NCBI GenBank assembly: GCA_963825005.1
Contig: CAWGRP010000004.1
Span: 1 to 32,000, forward strand
From: an uncultured delta proteobacterium
Lineage (GTDB): Bacteria; Desulfobacterota; Syntrophorhabdia; Syntrophorhabdales; WCHB1-27
Direction of reading: 5' to 3'
Length of the DNA stretch: 32,000 nucleotides
The translations under genes and the position numbers were made by a program. The notes beneath the pieces were generated by a model that ran no database searches, had not been told where the DNA came from, and was given only the letters and a program-made list of their open reading frames with translations. Shown here one piece after another: positions 10,519-17,918 of this stretch (positions are counted from its first letter, which is position 1; every line of letters begins with the position of its first letter).

Positions 10519-11370
10519 CTACGAAAGTATGTAAAAGACTCTGGGCTTTGTCGGAGCGGCATCCGCAAAGAGCGGCGTCGTGCCGGGATACCCCACCTTT
10601 TGTGCGATCTCGACCGCGCTTTTGCCCTGGAGGTCCACAAAGGTGAGCTTCTGTTCGCCCTTTCCCTTGACCGATGTCAGGACTTTCACCTTGTGCGCCT
10701 TTATCGTCTTGTGCAGGAGGCTCTCCTCGTCCTCCAGGTCCCCGAAGATATTTGCCCTGGACGGACAGGTGCTCGTGCACATCGGTACCATGCCCTGCTT
10801 GATCCTGTGCATGCAGAAATGGCATTTCCTGGCCACCCCGACCGGCAGTTCGTTCTTGGCGCGGGGCCATTTCTTGCCGTATTCCCAGCTCGGGGCTTTC
10901 TCGTACTCCTCGATCTTGGGGGTACCCTCCGTATAGAAGGCTCCCGCGTCGAGGTTTCTCGCCTTATAGGGACAGGCGAGCACGCAACGGCCGCAGCCGA
11001 TGCACTGTTCGTAGTTGATCATCACGATACCGGCGCTCAGGCCTTTCGTGCTTTTCCAGGTGGCCTTGCCCTCACCTTTGTTCGGGCACGCGGCGACGCA
11101 GGCAGGGTTATCGCACTGGTTGCAGAGTCTCGGCGTGAATCTCCTTTTCACGGCGGGGAATGTGCCGAACTCCTCCTCGTAGACCGGTCTGTAGACAATG
11201 CCGGGCGGGCTCTTCTGCTCCGCGACGCATCCGGCAGTGCAGGCCTTGCAGGACGTGCATCTCCTGAGGTCGATGAGCATGGCCCATCGAGGGTTGGGCG
11301 TATTTAATGCCCTTCTGATATCCTCCTGGACCACGACCAATTCATCTCTGCCTTCATACATAGGACTCAC
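10519..11370 (-). CDS. 4Fe-4S ferredoxin-type electron-transfer subunit, TtrB/DmsB/PsrB-like
   Basis: Four Cys clusters are present: CTSCKACTAGC, CNQCDNPACVAACP, CIGCGRCVLACP and CHFCMHR...CTSTCP. The segment WAMLIDLRRC matches the family N-terminus. The gene ends 17 nt before the TtrA-like start. Confidence 0.9.
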   Translation of the reverse strand: MSPMYEGRDELVVVQEDIRRALNTPNPRWAMLIDLRRCTSCKACTAGCVAEQKSPPGIVYRPVYEEEFGTFPAVKRRFTPRLCNQCDNPACVAACPNKGEGKATWKSTKGLSAGIVMINYEQCIGCGRCVLACPYKARNLDAGAFYTEGTPKIEEYEKAPSWEYGKKWPRAKNELPVGVARKCHFCMHRIKQGMVPMCTSTCPSRANIFGDLEDEESLLHKTIKAHKVKVLTSVKGKGEQKLTFVDLQGKSAVEIAQKVGYPGTTPLFADAAPTKPRVFYILS

Positions 11371-11648
11371 CCCCCAGCTATTTCAAACGACTCTTGATAC
11401 CATGTGAAATTTGCTTTTAGTATGTCGGCCCGATGTTACACTGGTATGAAGAAGCGGTTAATTCTTTGTCAAGAACCGTTGTGACGGACTCGGGGCAGCT
11501 TTATCCTTTCCGCGATCTTGACATGGAAGCCGGAATGCTCAACATTAGGGCTCGATTTCAAGAAGGTGAACAAAGGCCCACCGACACGGAAAAAGGCTTG
11601 GTGGAACAACATTGGGCCACAGGAAAAAGGATCTTCGTCTTCACGACG

Positions 11649-12731
11649 TTACGGCGTCTCCACTCCCGCTACCTGACAGTATTGAGCTGAAAAATACCGC
11701 CTCTGAAAATAGAGTGCCACATTCACCAGGCCGATGAGCGCGGGCACTTCGACCAGCGGGCCGATGACCGCTGCAAAAGCCTGTCCCGAATTGATGCCGA
11801 AGACCGAGACGGCCACAGCGATGGCGAGTTCAAAGTTGTTGCTTGCCGCGGTAAAGGAGAGGGTTGCGCTTTTTTCATAATCCGCCCCGAACTTTTTACC
11901 CATGTAAAAAGAGGCAAGGAACATTATCACAAAGTAGATGAGGAGCGGTATCGCGATCCTCACCACGTCGAGAGGCAGCTTGACGATGTACTCGCCTTTC
12001 AGGGTAAACATGACGATGATGGTGAAGAGGAGGGCGATAAGAGTGATGGGGCTTATCTTCGGCACGTAGACCGTGTCGAACCATGTCCGGCCCTTGAGCT
12101 TGATGAGGCCGAACCGACTTATGATACCGGCGATAAAAGGGATGCCAAGGTAGATGAAGACGCTTTCCGCGATCTGACCGATGCTCACCTGCACGATCGT
12201 GCCTTTCAGGCCAAAGAGCGGTGGAAAGACGGTGATGAAGATGTACGCGTAGACTGAATAGAGGAGGACCTGGAATATAGAGTTAAACGCCACAAGGCCG
12301 GCCGCATACTCCCGGTCTCCGCAGGCCAGATCGTTCCAGACGATCACCATGGCGATGCAGCGGGCGAGGCCGATCATAATCAGGCCGTACATGTAGTCAG
12401 GATATCCCCCGAGGAAAATGATGGCAAGGAAGAACATGAGAAAGGGGCCGATCACCCAGTTCTGAACGAGGGAGAGCGCAAGGACTTTCTTGTTCCTGAA
12501 TGCCTCACCCATCTCCTCGTACTTCACCTTGGCAAGCGGTGGGTACATCATGAGGATGAGGCCGATGGCGATGGGGATATTGGTGGTGCCGGACTGAAAG
12601 AGATTGATGAAGTTATTGATAGCAGGGTAAAGATACCCGAGCCCCACCCCGAAGAACATGGCAAGAAAGATCCACAAGGTAAGGAAACGGTCGAGGAAAG
12701 AGAGTTTTTTCGATATACCTTCGGTCATCAC
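11649..12731 (-). CDS. acr3: Arsenite efflux transporter, ACR3 family
   Basis: The product is a 360-aa polytopic protein. [13 protein letters not shown] and [22 protein letters not shown] are the hallmark ACR3/BART N-terminal motifs. It is the last gene of the ars cluster. Confidence 0.9.
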   Translation of the reverse strand: MMTEGISKKLSFLDRFLTLWIFLAMFFGVGLGYLYPAINNFINLFQSGTTNIPIAIGLILMMYPPLAKVKYEEMGEAFRNKKVLALSLVQNWVIGPFLMFFLAIIFLGGYPDYMYGLIMIGLARCIAMVIVWNDLACGDREYAAGLVAFNSIFQVLLYSVYAYIFITVFPPLFGLKGTIVQVSIGQIAESVFIYLGIPFIAGIISRFGLIKLKGRTWFDTVYVPKISPITLIALLFTIIVMFTLKGEYIVKLPLDVVRIAIPLLIYFVIMFLASFYMGKKFGADYEKSATLSFTAASNNFELAIAVAVSVFGINSGQAFAAVIGPLVEVPALIGLVNVALYFQRRYFSAQYCQVAGVETP

Positions 12732-12774
12732 AGACTCCTCTTCAGCTTTGGCACTGGTGTCGACCTTTCAAGAG

Positions 12775-13137
12775 TTAGTTTGTCGCACAGCAGCGATTGA
12801 TCGGGATGACGTCGCCTCTGCTCTTGCAGAACTCCCCAAGCCGCCTCCGGTCCTGCTTCATCGTTGTCTCAGGGATCCGTTCCAGCACGGACAGCAGGAG
12901 GAACCTCTTGAAGAGATCAGCGTCATCCAGCCTGTAATGCATCCACTTCCCTTCTTTGCGGTCTTTCAGGAGTCCTGCTGACTTGAGCACGCCGAGATGA
13001 AAGGATACCTTCGGCTGGCTCATGTCGAATGCGGCGACGATCTCGCAGACGCAGAGTTCGCCGTGCTCAAGAAGCTTGAGAATTCTGAGCCGCGTTTCGT
13101 CGGAGAGGGCTTTCAATATGGTCACCATTTCTTTCAT
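12775..13137 (-). CDS. arsR: ArsR/SmtB family metalloregulatory repressor
   Basis: LKALSDETRLRILKLL, the ELCVCEI metal-binding Cys pair and MSQPKVSFHLGVLKSAGLL form the wHTH. The start overlaps the arsC stop (ATGA). Confidence 0.9.
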   Translation of the reverse strand: MKEMVTILKALSDETRLRILKLLEHGELCVCEIVAAFDMSQPKVSFHLGVLKSAGLLKDRKEGKWMHYRLDDADLFKRFLLLSVLERIPETTMKQDRRRLGEFCKSRGDVIPINRCCATN

Positions 13138-13587
13138 CGGCTGCCTCCGCTCGATTGCTCGTCAATAAGCTCTTCGACCTTTCCCTTGATCTGATCCCGT
13201 ATCTTTCTTGTCTTCGCCAGCTTTTCTTCATGGGTTCCTGTAAGGCTAGCCGGATTCTCGAAAGGCCACTGAAGACGCGTCACGCGACCGGGGAAAATGG
13301 GGCATCGTTCAGCCGAGGATTCGTCACAAACCGTTATTACGTAGTCGTACAGCCTGCCCTCCTTGTAGAGGCTGAAAACAGACTTGGCCTGATTAGCAGA
13401 AATATCGATGCCCACCTCCTTCATGACCTCTATCGCAAGAGGGTTCGAGGGGTCCCGGTTCAAGGCCGGCGCTCTCCGCTTCAAAGAGGTCTCCGGCCAT
13501 CTTGTTCAAGAACGCCTCGGCCATCTGGCTTCTCGCGGTATTGTGGACGCACACGAACAACACCCGATATTTTTCCTCGCTACTCAT
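13134..13587 (-). pseudogene. arsC: Arsenate reductase, LMW-PTP / thioredoxin-coupled type, frameshifted
   Basis: ATG 13587 is preceded by GGAGG. The P-loop is [17 protein letters not shown] (Cx5R), and the downstream Cys pair is VCDESSAERCP. The N-terminus is in the frame of ORF 13393..14388 and the C-terminus in ORF 13134..13484. The switch is near 13446-13452 (AGLEPGPL / [12 protein letters not shown]). The span is 454 nt, which fits a 1-nt insertion. Confidence 0.85.
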
Positions 13588-14388
13588 TTGCACCCCTCCA
13601 CATAGACGCTCACGACATAATCCTAATCGATTCATTCTTCTTTGAGGCTTGCCCAGAACCGCTTTGCCCAAGGGATCCTCGGTATCGGGACCAGGGCAGC
13701 ACGCACCGGAGGGTTTAACGGTGACTTTCGTGCTGCCAAGGCCGGACGCTTCTGCGAGCTTCTGGTATTCATCCATGCTAACGGCGCCGGCGATGCAGCC
13801 GACGTAGGCCTCCACGCTCTCTCGGACATCCTGGGGCAGATCTTTGAGCAGCGCCATATCGGAAATCGCCACTCTGCCCCCTGGCTTTAACACACGGTAG
13901 ATCTCCTTGAAGACTCTGCGCTTGTCTGCCGACAGGTTGACGACGCAGTTACTGATGACCACGTCCACGGAGCTGTCGGCGACGGGCAGGTTCTCGATCT
14001 CGCCGAGCCTGAACTCCACGTTTGAAATCCCGCTCTTCTTCGCGTTCTCCCGGGCTTTTTCGAGCATAGCGGGTGTCATGTCGACACCGATCACCCTGCC
14101 CGAGGAGCCTACCTTTGAAGCCGCCAGGAAGCAATCGAACCCTGCCCCGGAGCCCAAATCGAGCACGATCTCACCTTCACTGAGACTTGCCAGAGCAGTC
14201 GGATTGCCACAGCTTAAGCCCAGGTTGGCGTCATCAGGTATTGCAGCAAGCTCGACCTCCGAATAGCCGATCGATTTGGCAAACTGCTTGTTGTTGTCAG
14301 GGCCGCAACTGGTGCAGCAGCTTTTTCCCTTCTCGGCAATGCCGCTGTATGCTTCCCGCACGTTTTTCCTGATCTCCAGCTCGTCCAT
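13588..14388 (-). CDS. arsM: Arsenite S-adenosylmethionine methyltransferase (3' end uncertain; no in-frame stop before arsC)
   Basis: N-terminus [20 protein letters not shown], then [10 protein letters not shown] and the SAM motif [11 protein letters not shown], then [24 protein letters not shown] and VGCIAGA. These follow the ArsM consensus closely. Confidence 0.85.
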
Positions 14389-14410
14389 AGCTCCTCCTTC
14401 GGTGACATAT

Positions 14411-14459
14411 ATATCAATTGATATTGATATATGATATGCATTACAAGCTTATATGTCAA
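14411..14459 (-). promoter_or_regulatory. ars operon sigma-70-type promoter with palindromic operator
   Basis: Read on the minus strand, the promoter is TTGACA (14459..14454), a 17-nt spacer, then TATCAT (14436..14431). The perfect 14-bp palindrome ATATCAATTGATAT (14411..14424) follows immediately, flanked by further TGATAT repeats, and the arsM ATG at 14388 follows an AGGAGG RBS. Confidence 0.55.
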
Positions 14460-14749
14460 TACTTGTTGCGCTAATCTTATAAACACAAATTGTTATAGCC
14501 AGATACCCAAGGTACGGAGCGATACTCATCCCGATCATCCTTGCTGTTGAAAATGCTCTCTGGAAAGTATGTACCGTCTGATCTTTGACAATGGATTTCA
14601 AACGTGAATCATGTTACTAAAAATGCGTGCGATAGGCTCTATCAGATTTTCTAGCTCTTGCGAACTGAGGAGGTAATCATATGGCACATTTTAAAGCGGG
14701 ATGAGTCGACTGAGGCGAGGACTACACACCGCCGGCAGTTAGCTGGCGC

Positions 14750-14989
14750 ATGCTGAAATTTCCTGACGATACGCAATGCAGCCTGTTCGGTCTGGATGAG
14801 ATACTGGCCGAACTTTACGATGAGGGCAGGAAGGCTAGTGACGAGACCGCGCACGAGATCATTGCAAGGTTGGAGGCTATGAAGAACTATATCCCTTCCT
14901 CAGACAGTGTTCGCAGAGAATATGCTTATCTCCTGCTGAAGGAGTATAGGAAGTACGTTAAGCAAAAAGCCGACGACAGTACGAGGTAG
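14750..14989 (+). CDS. Small hypothetical protein (79 aa)
   Basis: ORF only, with no convincing RBS. It is a helical, charged sequence (DEILAELYDEGRKASDETAHEIIARLEAMKNYIPSS) directly upstream of the CDF gene. Confidence 0.4.
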   Translation: MLKFPDDTQCSLFGLDEILAELYDEGRKASDETAHEIIARLEAMKNYIPSSDSVRREYAYLLLKEYRKYVKQKADDSTR

Positions 14990-15005
14990 AGCGCGCCTCC
15001 GATAC

Positions 15006-15842
15006 ATGGCAGTCGGCAAGGAGCTCGGGCTGGAAGCCGTGCAGATCATGCAGAAAACGATCTTTAGCATACCAAAGATGGACTGTCCTTCAGAAGAGCG
15101 AATGATACGGATGAAACTGGACGGACTGAAGACAATCCAATCCCTGCGGTTTGACCTGCCGGGGCGTACGCTGGAGGTGTACCATACGGGTGGCTACGAT
15201 AACCTGCTCGAAGCCCTTGAAACCCTGCGGCTCAACGCAAAGGTCATTTCATCTGAACCAGTCGATGTGGTGAGCACAGGGGAGGTTTGTCGTCAGGAAA
15301 GCCGCGTTCTCCGGCAGGTTCTTGCCATCAACTTCTTCTTTTTTGCACTTGAGATGCTCACCGGTTTCATCGCCGGCTCAATGGGTCTTGTAGCTGACAG
15401 CCTGGATATGCTGGCCGATAGCATTGTCTATGTTCTTTCGCTGTTCGCTGTCGGAGGGACGGCCTCACGTAAGAAGAAAATTGCCGGAGCAGCCGGCTAT
15501 TTTCAACTGACTCTGGCCCTTTTAGGATTCGCGGAGGTTATCAGACGTTTTGTGGAACGCGGTGAGACGCCGGACTTTCATCTGATGATCGTCATTTCTC
15601 TGCTCGCTCTGGTAGGTAATTCGATCTGTCTCTATCTCCTTCAGAAGTCTCAAAGCCGGGAAGCCCATATGCAAGCGAGCATGATTTTCACGTCTACCGA
15701 TGTTATCGTGAACCTCGGCGTAATCACGGCGGGTGTTCTCGTGTACCTGACAGCTTCGAAATTGCCTGACCTGGCAGTAGGAACAATCGTATTCATACTC
15801 GTCGGAAGAGGTGCGTATAGAATCCTGCAATTGCGCAAATAG
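15006..15842 (+). CDS. Cation diffusion facilitator (CDF) metal exporter with N-terminal HMA-like domain
   Basis: The N-terminal ~70 aa form a ferredoxin-like metal-binding module (IPKMDCPSEERMIRMKL...LEVYH). The CDF membrane core follows, with FFFFALEMLTGFIAGSMGLVADSLDMLADS. The start is uncertain; ATG 15048 is an alternative. Confidence 0.75.
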   Translation: MAVGKELGLEAVQIMQKTIFSIPKMDCPSEERMIRMKLDGLKTIQSLRFDLPGRTLEVYHTGGYDNLLEALETLRLNAKVISSEPVDVVSTGEVCRQESRVLRQVLAINFFFFALEMLTGFIAGSMGLVADSLDMLADSIVYVLSLFAVGGTASRKKKIAGAAGYFQLTLALLGFAEVIRRFVERGETPDFHLMIVISLLALVGNSICLYLLQKSQSREAHMQASMIFTSTDVIVNLGVITAGVLVYLTASKLPDLAVGTIVFILVGRGAYRILQLRK

Positions 15843-15871
15843 ACCGTGATCTTTTCTAAGCAATCATCCGC

Positions 15872-16312
15872 TCAGCACTCTATAACCTGGCCGCCTAACT
15901 TCTTCCTGAGCTGACGGACGGGCTGCTCTTTGAGAAGCGGAAAAAGCCTTCTCTTTTCTTTGGGCAAGAAAATTACATCATACCCTTTCTTTGCCTCGGT
16001 CATCACGGTCGATACCACATCTTCCGTTTCTACCGGGCAGATTGCGAGGGAGACGCCGGTGTTGAGCGCCTTCTTGCGGAGTTCCTCTGCCTCTGCGCTC
16101 GCGCGAGCGAGCACCTGATCGCGAATGTAGAGTAGAAACTGCGCCTTACTGGGACGGGTTGCTACCAGGTCGTTGTGACCGTAGTGGTAAAGATCGGAAG
16201 TAAGGATCTGAAGCGCAACTATTTTTTTCGACGAAGCCCGGGCAAGGCGGAAAGCGGCCTCCACCGCGTCGTCACAGTCGGCGCCGGTCAAAACGAGGAG
16301 AATAGTATTCAT
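15872..16312 (-). CDS. Universal stress protein (UspA) family
   Basis: MNTILLVLTGADCDDAVEAAFRLA is a typical Usp N-terminus and ~146 aa a typical length. The track ORF begins at an alternative TTG (16327) that overlaps the stop of the upstream small ORF. Confidence 0.65.
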   Translation of the reverse strand: MNTILLVLTGADCDDAVEAAFRLARASSKKIVALQILTSDLYHYGHNDLVATRPSKAQFLLYIRDQVLARASAEAEELRKKALNTGVSLAICPVETEDVVSTVMTEAKKGYDVIFLPKEKRRLFPLLKEQPVRQLRKKLGGQVIEC

Positions 16313-16323
16313 AGGGCCGATCT

Positions 16324-16497
16324 TCAATATAACCCCATTACCTGCAAAAACCAGAGGACAAGCACGGCTCCGACACCCAGGACAATGGCGATGTACTCGT
16401 CCAGTCGGTGGCGCAACTGTTTTGCCGCTGACTCTGCTTCGACCTTCTTCAAATCGGCTACGTCCGGACTTTCTCTATTTTCCCTATTTTCAGCCAT
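16324..16497 (-). CDS. Small C-terminally anchored membrane protein (57 aa), not in the supplied ORF track
   Basis: I translated this by hand: MAENRENRESPDVADLKKVEAESAAKQLRHRLDEYIAIVLGVGAVLVLWFLQVMGLY. It has a charged N-terminal half and a single C-terminal TM helix. Its stop overlaps the TTG of the Usp ORF. It lies 40 nt downstream of the YeiH-family gene. Confidence 0.4.
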   Translation of the reverse strand: MAENRENRESPDVADLKKVEAESAAKQLRHRLDEYIAIVLGVGAVLVLWFLQVMGLY

Positions 16498-16537
16498 AGT
16501 AGATCTCCTGTCGCTTCAGGCCCCCGGGCCGCCTGTC

Positions 16538-17704
16538 CTATTTAAATACACCGAATTTTATCAAGATCAGGATCAACCCCACGCATATGCCGACTCTCAG
16601 GCATCCCGCTACATAGCCGATCAGAATGCCCTTCGGTCCGGCCTTTCTCAGATCGCCCAGCTTGGTCTGTAGCCCCAGACCGACAAAACAAAGGGTAAAG
16701 AACCAGTTCATCACCTTTTCCATGGCCTCGTTCGCCGGCTGCGGCCACAGGTGAAGGCAATTGCCGATCCATACGATAAGAAAGCCGAATACGAAGAGGG
16801 GGAACTTGTCTTTGAGAATCTGCCACGTATCAATCTTTGATGAGCGAAATTCCTGCGTCAGGGTCATGAAATAGATGAAAAGAACCCCGGCGGGAATGAG
16901 AACAACCCTCCCTATGTTAGAAAAACCTGCCACCTTGCCCGCCTCGAAACTGTAGTTGAATCCTGTAGCAATCACCTGGTTGGAATTGGGAACCCCCGCT
17001 GCGCACAGGATGCCGAACGTATAGCTTGATAGCTGGAGGAGTCTGCCGAAAAAAGGAAGCATAAAAAGGCAAAAGAGGCCGAAGGTGACCGAGACTGCAA
17101 TCGCGTACGCCACCTCCTCACTCTTGGCCCGCACCATTGGCGCTACCGCAACACAGGCCGAAACGCCGCACATGGAAAAAGCGGCTGAAAGAAGAGCGGT
17201 AAGGCTGTCTCCGAGCTTGAAGTAGCGGCCCATGAAAATAAAGACGAGCGCGCCTCCAAAGACCATCACTATCATCAGCAGGATACTGACGGCGCCCAGT
17301 TTGACCACGTCGCTTAGCATGTATTGAGATCCCAGCATGATGATGCCCACGTTCATAAAGACACCGCTGTATGTCAGGCCCGATTCCCACGACCTGGGAA
17401 CACCGACCACGTTCCGGATAAGTATGCCTACGACAAGGCCGATGACCACGTAGTTGAAGTGGAGCAGATCGACAAAAAGCCCCTTGCCGTAAATTGGAGG
17501 CAGCACCGCGTCGATGTATGCCAGCAGGTTCTGGATAGTGAAAGGAAAGTCGACCCCTGGCAATCCGCAAAGAACGGCAATGATTATCATCGCGAGAAGC
17601 CCCGGCCAGCTCGCCTTAAAGCTCGGGAGCGAACTCCATATTGTCGGCTTTCGAACCAGAGCCGCTTCGCTCAAGGCTTTTTCATATGTCGCATCTTGTG
17701 CCAT
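16538..17704 (-). CDS. YeiH/UPF0324 family membrane protein (putative sulfate-exporter family transporter)
   Basis: The product is a 388-aa polytopic protein. SAAFSMCGVSACVAVAPMV matches the family's conserved sICGxSAi segment. AAGGAG precedes ATG 17704. Confidence 0.7.
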   Translation of the reverse strand: MAQDATYEKALSEAALVRKPTIWSSLPSFKASWPGLLAMIIIAVLCGLPGVDFPFTIQNLLAYIDAVLPPIYGKGLFVDLLHFNYVVIGLVVGILIRNVVGVPRSWESGLTYSGVFMNVGIIMLGSQYMLSDVVKLGAVSILLMIVMVFGGALVFIFMGRYFKLGDSLTALLSAAFSMCGVSACVAVAPMVRAKSEEVAYAIAVSVTFGLFCLFMLPFFGRLLQLSSYTFGILCAAGVPNSNQVIATGFNYSFEAGKVAGFSNIGRVVLIPAGVLFIYFMTLTQEFRSSKIDTWQILKDKFPLFVFGFLIVWIGNCLHLWPQPANEAMEKVMNWFFTLCFVGLGLQTKLGDLRKAGPKGILIGYVAGCLRVGICVGLILILIKFGVFK

Positions 17705-17918
17705 GTCTCATGTCTCCTTATCGGGGAACTGCTACCCTCATATCGCCACCCCCAACCGTTACACCTGGCCCGCCCAAGCCCGCCCGGGAGGCGACGAAGT
17801 CCGGATGCAGAACGAGGCGGACGCGAGACGAGAACCGGAGGCGTGCTGCAATGCACGTCGAGGATTCGCGACGAAGCGGTCAACGAAGTTATGCGCCGGA
17901 ATCCGTCGCCTCCCCTTG

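Noticed and set aside
11433-11690. 85-aa plus-strand ORF between acr3 and the TtrB-like gene
   Set aside because: It is on the opposite strand to both flanking operons, has no RBS, and overlaps the acr3 3' end.
14461-14474. Identical 14-mer ACTTGTTGCGCTAA at 14461..14474 and 29581..29594, both in intergenic regions upstream of minus-strand operons
   Set aside because: About one or two exact 14-mer coincidences are expected by chance in 32 kb (roughly 5e8 pairs against 2.7e8 possible 14-mers). The identity does not extend into the flanks. The two copies also sit in different positions, one just upstream of a -35 box and the other inside a transcribed leader.
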